Part shown: positions 46,181 through 58,952 of the stretch, piece by piece
How the letters are laid out: each line of letters opens with the position of its first letter
Position numbering within the stretch: the first letter of the stretch is position 1
From: Raillietiella orientalis
Taxonomy: Eukaryota
Assembly (NCBI GenBank): GCA_036172245.1
Contig: JAYWIR010000021.1
Coordinates: forward strand, 1,488,001-1,552,000
Length of the DNA stretch: 64,000 bases
Reading direction: 5' to 3'
The notes under the pieces: generated by a model
Seen by the model: the letters and a program-made list of their open reading frames with translations, nothing else
What the model was told of the DNA's origin: nothing
The model's database searches: none
Program-made: the position numbers and the translations under genes

Positions 46181-49100
46181 ATGCGTTATTTTTGCAGCGG
46201 AGCGCCGATTTCCGTGGAGACAGGCAGGGCGTCGAGGGCACGGGGGAAAGGTGGGAGGAGAGGGGAAGAGGAGGAGGAGGGAGGTGGTGGACCCTTCGGG
46301 CTCCCTGCTGTTGCCCCTCTCCCACCGCCCTCGTCAGTTACGGGCTGGCGCGGAAGGGGCTTCTTAGGCGACAACGCCATCTGGGAGAGGGGTGGGGGAG
46401 GAGCTCCCAACGCACCCTTTCCCCCGTCCTCCGAGGAAGAACTCCTGCGCTCCGTGGGAGGGAGACGGCCACTCAGACTCCCCGACTGCTCCCTGACGGA
46501 GAAGGGGAGATCCCATAAGGAGGTACCGCCCCTCTTCTCTCCCCGTCCCCCCCGCGTTGGTGCCGCAACTCCGGTCTTGGGGCGAGACACCGGGAAGGGC
46601 CGATCCATGCCTCAGCACCTTCGGGGCGACCCCGGATTACACTGCCCCATAGGGACACGCCCGGGAGCCTCCCGGCTTTCCGTTTCTCTCGCCAGCCTCT
46701 TTCTGACGCCCTCGGCTCTGAGGAGACCGGGTAGGCGCCGTCCTCTGCACCCCCAATCTTCTTCCCCTCCCCTTTCTGCCTACCTGCTTGCCCGCCTGGG
46801 CGCCCTCATCGCGCCCACAGTCGTCCTGGGTTCGCGCTAGCAGCAGCAGCAGCAGTCCTCCCCTCCGTTCCTGCCGTTTGGGAGCACCGACGGAAGGTGG
46901 GGATGGGTGGAAGGGGGCCGAGAAGAGTGACACCCCGTGCGGCTCTCCTCCTCTTCCCCCACCTCTTTCGTTTCCCAGGAGAGGAGCAGCCGGAGAGGGG
47001 GAGGCAGACCTGCCATTGCTCCCGAGGACACCCCTTGACCTCCCCTCGACCTCTCTGCCGTCCCCAGCGAGACCGCAGCGGCGGGACTCCGCGGAGTCCT
47101 CTGGGCCGGCTTTTTCCCTTCCGCCAGGACGCCTTCCTCGCTGCCCCTCTTCTACTCGCGGGAATAGGAAGGGGGGAAGCGGACAGGCGTCCCCTTCCCC
47201 CACCCTCGGACTTCACGGAGTCTCTTGAGGCCCAGCCGCGGAGACCCCGGAGAAAAATCGGAGGGTGCGAATAGGGGGGGGGGGGGGAAGGGAGGGGAGA
47301 CTCCTCGAGAGCCGTTCCTTCGGTAGGATCGCCACTCCCTCGGAAGCCGCGCGTCCCTCTGCGCTCCCAGGGTGGGCTGTAGGGTGGTCTCCACAGCGAC
47401 GGCGTCGGCTGGGAGGTCTTTTCTGTGCTCTTCTCCACCAGGGCGATCGCCAGGTGAGCTGGGAGAGAGCGCAGATCGGGGGGCGCCTCCGGCCAAGGTC
47501 AAGGTCAACCCCAGTCGAGAGCGAAGGCACTAGTGGAGCCGTTTCCCTACCCGAGAGAGGCGATCCTCCGGGGAACGGAGAAGGGGGGGCGGTATTGCAC
47601 GAGTAACGGCGCTGATCGCCTGCTTCCTCCCCCTTCTCGTGCACGGGAGCCGAAGCTGGCGTCCGGAGGGACGCTGCCACGCATCAGTGCTCTTCGTCTC
47701 CGGCAACGGGAATTATGACGACGCTGCCGAGGAGGGTGGCTCTCCGGGAGCTGTCGCTCCGGTCGCTGCTGGTCCCCGGCTCGCGCGCACTGCCAACTCC
47801 CGGACGACGGAGGGGAACGGCTAGGTTGCACCGCGGGAGGCACGCTTGGATACAGGCGGAACGTTCCCTCGGCGACCGGGAGAAGCGAAGCGGGAAGAGG
47901 TAGAAGGCGTGGGCAGGCGAGGGGTTGGCTGCGGGGCGGAACTCCGACCAAGGTCCCGGTCCGCGCGTGGGACCCGTTGCCACGAAACCAGAGCCTCTCT
48001 TCTCTTTCCTTCCTCCCGCGCAGCAGCCTGCTCAGTCGAAACTCCGGAGGACCTGAAGCTGCCCTTCCCCTTTTGCGGTTGCCGCCCCGCCCTTCTCCGG
48101 GGGAGGGAGGGACGGAACTCTCGAGCTCCTGCTCCACTCCTCCACTCCCATCCCACCTCTCCCCCAACACACACCCTTTTTTTTTTTCCCCTCCGGCGGG
48201 ATCCTGGCGCGCCTTCCATCTCCGCCCTCGGGACGCGCAAGGGGCTTCTGGTTCCGGCAGCAGTGCCTCCCGGTCCGAACGCGTGCGCGGGCGGGAAGCT
48301 GCGTCTCCGCAGCCGAAGGACGCTGCTTCCGGGACGAAGACCCGCTGCCGCCGCCCTGATTCCTCCCTCCTCGCTCGGCCGCCCGCAGGAGCTCTGCCTG
48401 CCTCGCAAGAGCGGCGACTCTCGCCGGCGAGGAGGCACCGCCCCGAGCGATGCGCGGACAAGTCGGCAGTGGTGGGGTTTCGCGTGCCCGCCTTCGGAAC
48501 CGTAACCGAGGAAACGGGTGGTGCTGGAAGGGAAGGGAAGGAGTGGAAGAAGATGCAAGTGAGCGGGAAGGGTGGAGACGAGTGTTGTTCGAACGAAGAA
48601 GTATTTCATGGCGGAGTGGGTGCGAAATAGGGCGGATGGAGAGGAAATGAAGGAACGGTGGAGAAGGTGGGTTTGGAGGGGGTGGAGTTGATTCCCGATT
48701 CGAGTCAAATTAGTAATCAGTTATCCGTGGATATTACAATTGACGTCCCAGGCAAGGTTGGAAAGAAGAGCTCGAAGAAGAGAAGTGTTCATGGAAATAA
48801 AATAGAGGGACCACAAACGGGCCGTGGGGGCCCCATCAGCCTTGGCTTAGCTTATCTTCCGACTTGGCAACGGTATTGATCGCGACACCTTCATCGAAAA
48901 AACCCTTAAATTTAAGATGCGTTCCTGTCGGTGATGTATCTTCAATTTTCAAGTTGGGTTGAGGTCGAATTCATTCCCAAAGAAAGTGTTTCGTGTTTGA
49001 ACCATAATAATCAGCCACATTTTTATATGGTGATGTGAAAAGATTGCCTTTACATTTCAATAAATAATGGTGAATAAGAATAGATGGGATTGAGGGAAAA

Positions 49101-49266
49101 TGTATAATAATCCACGAGAAGCTGTATCGATGCTCATCTTGAAGATGTTTGCAGTTTCCAATCTCCGCATTCTTTATTATAAAGAATTTACTTTCAATTT
49201 AAAATGATTGTGAAATCCTATTTTGCAACACATACATACATAATGTAATTTACTCTGGTTTCTTAC

Positions 49267-49288
49267 ATATATATATATATATATATAT
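49267..49288. repeat. (AT)n microsatellite
   Basis: Seen directly in the sequence. Confidence 0.9.
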
Positions 49289-49752
49289 GTACATTTATAT
49301 GTAACTACTTTATAAACATGAAGCCGTTATTCATAAGTCAGATTTATTATTTTACACCTGCTGTTCAATGTGATATTTGTGTGTCTTGAAATTTTTTGAC
49401 AAAGATGTGCTTCGAAAAGTATAAAACGCCCCGAATCATCGATGATCAGTAATATTGCAATGGTACGTAAAATTAAATGAAAAAATAATGGATAAGTATG
49501 TGTTTATTCATTTGAAAATGACTTTTATTCTTACACAGCCCCATTTCAGCATCTGTTAGGTTGTAGGAAAATTTTGAAACCATCTGAAAACCAAGGAGCA
49601 GTTGACATTTCGTTTACGGCGAGAAAGATAAATTACTGATAAGAGTCAGCTCCTCATAGGACAGGAATACTCGATTAGGGATTCCATCATGCCTTGGCCG
49701 CTCGTAGCGATTTTCCCATATGCTTCGTTGGTAGCTTATGCAATCAAATGTG

Positions 49753-49797
<45 letters not shown>
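49753..49797. repeat. Interrupted (TA)n microsatellite
   Basis: Seen directly in the sequence. Confidence 0.9.
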
Positions 49798-52700
49798 TTG
49801 TATACAAATGTCGAGGCAGACGGGCACGCAGCAGCAGCAGCATTCAACTTGGACTGCCAGAAGAGGAAACGCTTGGAATGGGTGATTGCTCGAAGGCTTC
49901 CTGCGAGTTCCGCTCCGGCAGCAGCTGCGGAGTGAACTCGGTGTTCCCATCTCCTGATTGAATGGGGGCTTAGTGCACAAGTGTTCGGGAATTTCGGGTC
50001 GCTGTTTGCAGAGGAGCTGCTCGGTCTTTTGACGAAGATCAAGGTGGGAGATGGGGAATTAGGCAAAGTGGAATTAGGCACTCCAGCGCAGATAATGGAT
50101 GGTAAAGAGATAGGGGGCTGGCGGTATCGAGAATTAATAGGGGCATTTGCTCGGTAAATGATAATCCGCGGAAGACCTACCTTTTCGATGTTTGCATACC
50201 GCCGCCTTTGATTGTTCGGAAGTGATCATTTTCTTGATTAATAAAGAGTGATTAAAAGCTCTAATCAGGATGCAGCGCAGAGGAGAACGGAAATGGACCA
50301 CGGTGTGTGAACTTTGGATGCACGGATGCAATTCTATATTAAGAAACTTCATTGTAAATTTGTTTGAGATAGGCAGGTTGAGTAATGAAGTCATCGAGTC
50401 CCGTCGCTCTGGTGTAGATTAGATAAGTCTTAACATAGTAGGCGTACCGGAAGTTGTATCCAGGCAAGGGGCTGAGATTTGCTGATGCAGAGGATTGTTT
50501 TGTCATTGGCAATTATGGATCTTTTTGTTGCATCGTAGTACGCAGCTGCTCCTTGGGAGAGCCTGGAGACCCGGCGGGCAGCGGAGGTCAGCGAAGCGCG
50601 TGGAAGTACGTCGGGTGGGGGGGAGGCGTGCGGGGTGGTGGGATGGGTGAGTGGGGTCGCCCCTCGCCCACCCTTCCTCCCGGGGGCAAACGGGCGCGGT
50701 TCCGCTTCCTGCTGGAAGCCACGGGAAGCAGCGGCGGCCGAGGCGCAACGGAGCTTCCTCGGAGGCGACTTGGCAGAAAGGAGGCGGAGGGCAAAGAAAG
50801 AGAGGCAGAAAGAAAGAAAGAAAGGAAAAAAAAAAAAAAAATTCAAGGTCGACCGCCGTGTTTCGGCTCGGGCGAAAGCGCGGAACGAAGGCCAGACCCA
50901 TCCCAGGCCGGACGACACTCCCGGAGTACTTTCGAACGGAACGGGAGACGGAAGGAGGAGGATCCGAGCGCAGATCGATAAGACAGATTCGGTGAAGAGC
51001 CGAGAACGCTGGACCCTTCTCCAGCTTTGTTTACGTTTCCCTCCTCCCCCCCTTGACGTCCTGCTTCTCTCCACCCCGGAAGAACACGCCGGAATTTCGA
51101 ATCAGCAGTCGCCGTCCGACCGGAGGAATTAACGAAGGGGGGAGGGAGGGGGCACGAGGAAGGGGAGAGGGGGGGGGGGTCCCCAAAGAAATCAGGCAGC
51201 CCTCCTCCTTTCGCTGGGTGCCCCGGACGCCATTACGTCATTCCATTATGGCAGTACCGCCCGCTCGGCGGACAAACAGACAGAAGCCACGCGTGGCGCG
51301 GAATCGCCTGCTCCCGCCATGGCAGCCCACTCGCGTGCACATCTCCGCACAGCACCGGAAAAAAAACAGAATAAAATCGAATACGCAAAACGAAAGGCAG
51401 CGTGTGCGAGCGCGAGAGATCCACGGGCATTCCATTACCAGCCATAAATTAACATCCATGTTGTGTTACGAATGCCGTTGTGAATTACCTCGTAATCGAA
51501 AATATACGAAATCACAGTTTTTGCAAGCTCTCTCTCTCTCCCCCCCCCCCCTTCCCGCCCGGAAAGTGATAGATGAGCTTCCAATCTCCTCGCGGGCACG
51601 ACGACGATAAAACACTACTCTTCGGCACACGTCATGTAAAACCTCGTCATGTAAAACTGCGACGTCCCGTCAAAAACACGCGTCCCATCCGTGCACTGCG
51701 AGCGGATTCCGACATCGAACGCTCGGTCCTGCCGGCGAATCGCGTCGAAAGGCTGGATTCCTCCTCTTCGAAAGTTGCCCACTACCCACGATCCCCTTTG
51801 GAACTTGGCCCCTTTCACGTCCGGCTCAGCCGCGGCACCCCTTCCCTCCCGAATCGTTCCGGCACTTCCGTGCGATGTGCGTGCCTTGCGACACCCGGAT
51901 GCGAAAACGACGTCAGCGCTCGTCCGCCGACAGCTCCAGGCCGGAGCCGGTCCGAGGAGCCGGGAGACGCGAGCGCAGAGCAAGAAGATGCGTCGTCGAA
52001 GAGCGGCCAGTAAATCGTCCCCGCCCCTTGGAACGCAGTCCAAGAACTCGCGCCCTTTTCGCTTGCTTTCCTGCTGCTGCTCGTCCGGTGGCGGACTCCC
52101 AGCCCGAAGAAGTGGGGTGTGGTCGCGTCCCCGCACGCCGCGACTGTTTGCTCCTTGCCGTCGAGTGGGGGAACGATTCGGGGGAGGAGGAAGATCGTCC
52201 TGGACACCTTGAACGGGAGGCACGTTTTCGCTGAGCTACGTTTTCCCGCGCTGCGAAACTCCCGCTGCCCCCCCCCCCACCCCAGGCACGAGGGAGTTCA
52301 GAGTTCTCGTTGCACGTGTACCAGGGGTGCTCCAAAAAAAAAAAAAGAAAAAGGAAGAAGAAGAAGAAAAACACACCACCGTCTTGAAACGGGGAGACGT
52401 GCTATGGGGAACAAATATTTTTTCCTCTTACTTTTTCCCTCATCTGCACGGATCCTCGAGGTTTTCGGAGGAGGTAGGAACAGATGACGTAGCAGACAGT
52501 CGGAGGCCGTTGGACTCCGGTTCTCTTCCACGGACCCAGAAGGAGATCCGGACTACGGAGCGCGTCCAGTGGGATTCCGGACGGACGAGCTTCCACCGGG
52601 CGGCGGCCGGCTACCACGGCCAGATGTTGCGCTGCCGTCCCGTGGGGAAAGGGGCCGAGGGGAGTGACGAAATCGCTTCCCCTCGCCTACGATTCATGGC

Positions 52701-54750
52701 CGCCATCCTGGCGACAGCTTGCCTGAAGCGGCCAATTTTTCATCTGCCTTTTTTCCCTCTCTCTAAGCCCCCTCGGAGCAGGGAAGCCGCCGCCTTCCTC
52801 CCGGAGCGCGGCGGCGGAAAAGACTGGCGAGTCTCTCTGGATGGGCTTTTTCGTGCTTTCCGCTAACGTCTGGCGGGCAACGCCTGGCCCGCGCCCCCCT
52901 GGCCGCTCATCCCTACCTCCTCCTCCTGTCCGCTGCTGCGACCGCCGTCCCGTGGGCTGTCAGACCTTCCCTCATCATCCCGGTCTTTCGCGGTGCTCGA
53001 GAAGGGAGGACGGGAGGAGAAGCAAGGTTCTCTTCCCCTGTCCTCCGGGATGACACTCCACCCCCACCCCCCCCATGAGTTCTTCGTCCATTTCCAGGAG
53101 CTCGAAGAAAGGCCTTGCGGCCCGATTCTCGACGAACGGGGGGTAACAAAGAAGGGTGTGTGGAGCCAGACCCTTACGGCTCTGGAGGGCAGGCACGTGG
53201 GTCATCGATTGGATGGGTCCTCCGCGTTCGCGAGGCCCTCGCACGTTTGTTTGTTGAGTCCGGAGAGGGGGCAAGACGGAGGACTTGTCCCCACTGGAGG
53301 CTGCGGAGATACCTCGGCGGAAGCCAGCCAGGTGAGGAAACTGGAAAGCTGCGCGTGCGCGCGGAGACGATGCGACCCTGCCGACGGCGGCGCGAGCTGC
53401 CTTCACGCACTGCAGTTCCAGGAGGCTGCCTTGGAAGCCTCTTATCCGGCTCTTCCGCATGCTGGGAAGGTGCGGAGGGCAGTCGACCTTCGGGGTTGTT
53501 TGTCCACCCCAAGGCACTGTGAGCCCGGGGCAGCGACGGCTTGATCTGAAGGATCGAGGCTGTCTGACACAAGGGGAAGGGGCGGCAGTGATCACTTCCT
53601 GGTGGGCAACTCCCCCGTGCCGCCGCCGGTCGGCGACCCTGCCCCTCCCACTCCTTCCGAGGAAGGCCACGTCGCATCGTCGCTTCCGGAGCGGGCACCA
53701 GAGAGGGGCGGTCTGGTGCGCCCGTTGCACGTGGGTTCGCACTCCGCTCTGACCTGCGAAGCGGCACGTTCCTTCGGGTGGACGTTGGCGCGAAGCCTTG
53801 ACCCACCCCGGACTGGGGCACATGGCAAGGGCCAAAAGACGAGGAGCCGACCCCTCCTGAGGGCGAGGGAGAAAATGGCGCAGACCCACGATCGCCACGC
53901 GCCCGGAAGATGGGCCGCCGCGGTCTCCGCGCCTCATCCTTCGCTCTTTCATCGGATTGCATTTGGGAGTTCTGTCGGTCCTTCATGCCCCAGACTGGGT
54001 GCATCCCGGGTCGAACCCACGACCGGAAGGGGGCTCGAGTCCAGAGCTCGAGGCAGGACTGGCCCCAACCGCCAGCCTGGTAATGTGGCGATCCTGTCTT
54101 CGCATGGGAGGCAATGCCGCCTGCAGCGCTGCAGCGGGAGATTTGCGAAGCATCATGAAAACGTTGCCTCCGCCATCGCACAATCCGCTTCCCGGACTCC
54201 CTGCCGGCCGGGTAGAGCTCTCCAAGGGAGGGAGACTCCTTCCGGGGCAGTGCGCAGGACTCATAGGGAAGAAAGCAAGAAGGAAGGGAGTGAGGAAATC
54301 GGGGTGCGATGCGCCTCCTGGGAGGCGCCATTGTACGCGCGCGCGAGACTGCATGGGAGGGAGAGGAAGGAGGGGAGAAGGCACGGAGGCCCGCGTTCCT
54401 CCTGACCACTTTCGAATGGCTTCGCGAGGTCGGGGAGTTGACCCGGTGCTCTTGCAGCTGCCTCCCTCAACCGAGATACGGATCAAGGTGGGGGTGCTAC
54501 GTAGCTTCCCACCGAATCCCGGTCGACGGAGGCAGCCCTCAATGCTCCGTGGCGACCTCCGCAGTTGCGCCCTGAGGTCTCGGGAGAGGAGGAGGAAGGA
54601 GGGAAGCGGCAGCCACCCTGTCGGACAGCAAAGAAGATCACTTTCCTCCTCTATCCCCCACGAGGAACGGGGGCGGCGTCCTGCTCGGTAGCCACGAGGG
54701 CACGGATCGACCGTCGCGACCCGGGAGCTGCGGAATCGCAAACGCGTGGA

Positions 54751-54784
54751 TGCCGGGGATCTTGCCATGGCAAGATCCCCGGCA
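54751..54784. repeat. Perfect 34-bp palindrome TGCCGGGGATCTTGCCATGGCAAGATCCCCGGCA
   Basis: The sequence equals its own reverse complement, with no spacer. Confidence 0.95.
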
Positions 54785-57700
54785 GGGGAAGGAGGAGGAG
54801 GAAGGATCCGGGGAAGGAGGAGAACGCGGGAATTCGCGCGCGTCCCCGACGAGAGGTCGCTCCCGCGAGCCGACCCGAGAGCGCCAGCGCGTCGGCGAGG
54901 TGGGACGGCGGCGACAACTTTCGATCCGCCGCGGCAGTTCAGCCGTCGACGGTGGCGGAAGGAAAAGGAAGGGAAGGCAGAGGGAGCGATGACGCACGAG
55001 TGGCCTCTGCCCGCCCTTCCGGAAGGGCAGAGGGAGACCCGCGCCACCCGTCGCTCCAGGGCAGGGTCCGAAGGAGTGCGGGGGGAGTGTCTGCCGGCGC
55101 CCACAGACAGGCGGGATGACCTTCCTCCTCCCCTTCCCCTTCTCTCTCCAATCGCGAGAACGTCGCGCGAGGTAGGGGGAAGTCCTGGGATGGTAGGGGG
55201 GGGTGACCAGGGAAGGAGGCGGTGGTCAGAAGCGCAGACCACTCTTGCAGGTGCACCCCCTTCCCCCTCTTCTCCTCACCACCACATCTTGCCCTTCCTC
55301 CTCACCCTTCGCCATGGACGCGTCGGGAAGCTACCAATGTGGCGAGTGGAGTCAGCGAGTGCCGGCGGGAGAGAGCAATGGGGAACATCCGGCCCGTCCG
55401 ACCCGCGAATGACGGAAACGCCTTCAGGGATCAGCAGCCTTCCTCCCAGTGGGACCATCCGGAGGAAATTCCCGCGCGGGGGATTTAATGCATTTTACCC
55501 CGCGGTGGAAGAGGCGGGGAGGGAAGAGGATGGCGTCAGGACAGTCGGGGGAGGTTGCGAGGAAGAATTCTGGCGAAAGCCCTACCAGCCATTAAGGGAC
55601 GTCCTCCCGTTCGAGGTTCGCTCCCCCGGTAGGGAAATCCAGGGAAGAAGGGGGAGGGGGTTCGAGAGTCTCGGCAAGGCCGGACGCTCTGGGGATGGTG
55701 GGCCCGAGAAACAGAGAGGGCCGTGGCGGACCATGAGGTTTCCGGAGAGTCCACCACAGCCACGTGGATCAAGCGGACCCAAGAGAGCGCCGCCGCTGCT
55801 GCCCGCCTTCGGAACGCAGCAGGAGTGGCCTGAGATTGTCCATCCAACGCGAAGCATCCACTTCCAGCCTCCGAGGGGAGATCCACAGGGGTGGCCGGAG
55901 GAGGAAGATCCTGGAGAGAGCAGCGGCGGCGGCGGTGATAATGGCGTAGGAGGATGGCGGCTGTCCTTTGGTCTCCTGACGAGGAAGCCCTCCACGTCAC
56001 TCTCCCCCCCATCCATTACGCCTTGGGGAAGCTGCCGTGGGGCTCTCGGAAATACCCAGTGAACATCTTTCAGAAAGAGTTCGAGCATCCAAACGAACCA
56101 GGACGCGGGAATCGGAGGGATGTCGCCGAGAGCCCTCCGTCCTCTCCCGATAAAGGAATCAATACGAGCGGGAAGCCGTGCCCTTTCGGGGTCGGCGGTG
56201 AAGGATCCTTGCATGCCGATGAATCTCGCGAAACGCAGCGAGGTCAGGAGATTTTCCGGGCTGCGCTTCTTTCGTCCGAAGGTACTCTTCGGCGGGAGAA
56301 ACGGCAGCGCCGCCGCGCGCCAGTCTGAAGGTGAGCCGCCGTCTTTGGATCGGTCTTCCGCGCCCGCACTTCGCTTTTTTGTCTTTTCACGAAAGAGGGG
56401 TAGAAGGGGTCGCTCTCTTTTTCAAGGGAGGGGACGCGGCACATCTCGGTCAACAGTTGCTGTCCCTCTTCCCAATGGCCTGGGAGAGAGAGTGAGAACG
56501 CTTCTGCCGCCTTCGGCTGTTGATGGTCGTGAACGGTCGATGGAGCGACCGCTCACCGCGCAACCGGTTCGCTACCCAAAACGAAGCTTCGACCACGCCC
56601 CTCCCTCCCTCGCTCCCTGGACGCGGAGAAGAGGCAGACACTGCTGCAACCGGCAACCGCCGCAAGGGCACGAGCTCCTTGCGCGCTCTTGCGGCAGTTT
56701 CTATCTCGATCGACAGCCAGTCCTCTGGATCGACCACCGTGGCAGCTAAGGGCCCGAGAAGCGAGGAGCCGGAAAGACTCACAAAACGCCGCCGCCGACG
56801 TCGAACCTCTGCCGCTCCGGGAACTTGCGGAGGAAGGTCACGCCCAGTTCGTTTGCTCCGAGCGAGGTTGGACACAGGAACAAGCAGGCGGGATCACGGA
56901 GCAAAGGAGCACCTTTCGGCGTCATCCTGATTACTTGAAGTGCTCCTCCCCTTCCTCCTATGAATGGCAGGTGGAAGGGGAACAGAAGAAAAAGAGAGGG
57001 GCTCAATTCACTTGGGTACAGCGAGTGTTCCTCAGGGAGCGGCTTTCGCTAGCAGGTGCGCAGCCGATGCAGGTGGTAGCGTAGCATGCCTGGCGCCTGG
57101 AGTTCCGCACGGACAGACTTCAGGGATTTGTTCTCCGGGCTTGGGACGGTGTCACACACTTCTTGATGCGACCACCAAAACAAGGTCGACCCACCTCCCC
57201 CCCCCCCCAGCCGGGGAAACTGCGAAAGAGTGGTTAAGCCTTTATGTCCCGAACTGCTTTTTGCGAGGAGCAAGAACAGCACACCGCACCCTCTCACTGG
57301 ACCCCAGGGAGACACCTGCCTTTCCTTCTTGCCTAGGACAGTTCGACCTGCCGCCTGGCTGCAGCGAAATTTCTTCGCCTCGTGATTTGACAGCCATGGA
57401 TAATCCACGTGAACCCGCGCACCGCATCGTCCCTGGACTCCACGAAACGGATTCGGGTGGTCAGGGACTTCGCGCTATGCCTAAAGCCACCTTCAGATTG
57501 TCAGACTGCATCCATACCATGTGCGCATAGTCGAAAAGCACTGCAGGGCGAGGTCCTCGGCAGCCTTCACCGGTTCTGCTAGAAATCCCGGTGCAGCGCG
57601 CCCCGGAGCACCTCCCCGTAAAGGAGGAATCCGAGTTTGAGCGATACGGTATCCTTCGGCGCGCCCTCCAGGATGCCGCCAATCCCCCGCGGAGGCAAGA

Positions 57701-58101
57701 TAGGGGCGCCTCCACCCTCACTGTCATTTCATTTCGCTTCCAAAGTCTCCGGTGTGCATCTCTGCGCCATGAAGTATGGCAATCCTGCTGGCGTGCCCTC
57801 GTATGTACCACTGTGGAGTGCTCACCCACGGCTTTCTTGTTTGTGTGTGTCGCGAGGCACCTGACCACGGACCTGCGCACGCCACCAAAACTATCCACGT
57901 AAAACTGAGCCCGCATCCATTGACCGTCCGCGGATACGGTCTCACTTATTTTTACGGTTTCTCTAGAGACAAGGTCAGGAACTCAACCATCTTGCAGACG
58001 CCGGAGGCTTCGCGTTTTCGCAGCAAGCGAACACTTGCCGAAGTTGGCTATTCCGTACGTGCATCGGGGGGTTCTTTGCTGAGGTTGGAGGTGCGCTCCC
58101 G

Positions 58102-58173
58102 AAAGGAAGAGGGGAGAGCGCTCTCGAAAAGATCCCCAAAGGAAAAGGGGAGAGAGCTCTCGAAAAGATCCTC
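58102..58173 (+). repeat. Tandem duplication of a 36-bp unit (2 copies, 3 mismatches)
   Basis: aaaggaagaggggagagcgctctcgaaaagatcccc / aaaggaaaaggggagagagctctcgaaaagatcctc. Confidence 0.85.
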
Positions 58174-58952
58174 GCATGTCCATCGGCCTGCTCGGAACAA
58201 AATGCAAAGCGCGCGCTCCTTGACGAGGCAACTTCCGAGAGGCACTCTGCTGGTTTTGCTGCCGTAGGCGGTGCCACCTGTGCCGGTCAGCAGAACCTGC
58301 GACGCAGGCTGACCGACCTTGCCGACCACCTCTCGCCGCGTCTGTGTTACGCTGCTAGGAGTACAGTTGTACCGTTTGACTTGTGGAATTGACAAGCGGG
58401 ATCAAACGGGAGTGGGAGAGTGGGAAAACAGCGAGCCCGCAGGGACAGCACACCTTTTCCCAGAGTAAGGCACGTGGATCCCCGCTCTCACGTTTCCAGA
58501 GAAGTGGTGATCACACCCAGTTTAGCAAAGCCGAACACCGATAGCCAGTGTCCGATAGGCGTACAGACGAATTTCGTAGGATTCGGGTTCACTACACCGA
58601 ATTACCCTTAGGAAGGGGGGAAAACCGGTGGACAGTCCCGGAAAATGCCTGCCTGTTCACTTCCTGCAACTTGAGACAGACGGCCATGCTTCGAATGCGA
58701 ATGTTTTGCCTTTCAGGAAAATGGTTTTCAGCGCAATCTCTGTCGCACCTCAATCTCTTCATCTCCACTTCCCAAATTCATCATCACCGTCATCACTTTC
58801 GGGCAGGTGGTTCGCACGTCGACTCCTCCTGCTACAAAACAGGCCACACCGGACGAAACCGATTTAAACGGTCTTTTTTTGCCGTCGTTTTTCTTGCCCA
58901 CACGTTCGACTGTGCTTGAAGTCCGCAGAAAAATGACTACTGATGACCAGCA

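Noticed and set aside
44323..46367. Long antisense and off-frame ORFs (499, 604, 373, 382 aa) over the kekkon exon
   Set aside because: Shadow ORFs expected from very high GC3 coding DNA, with no domain-like sequence.
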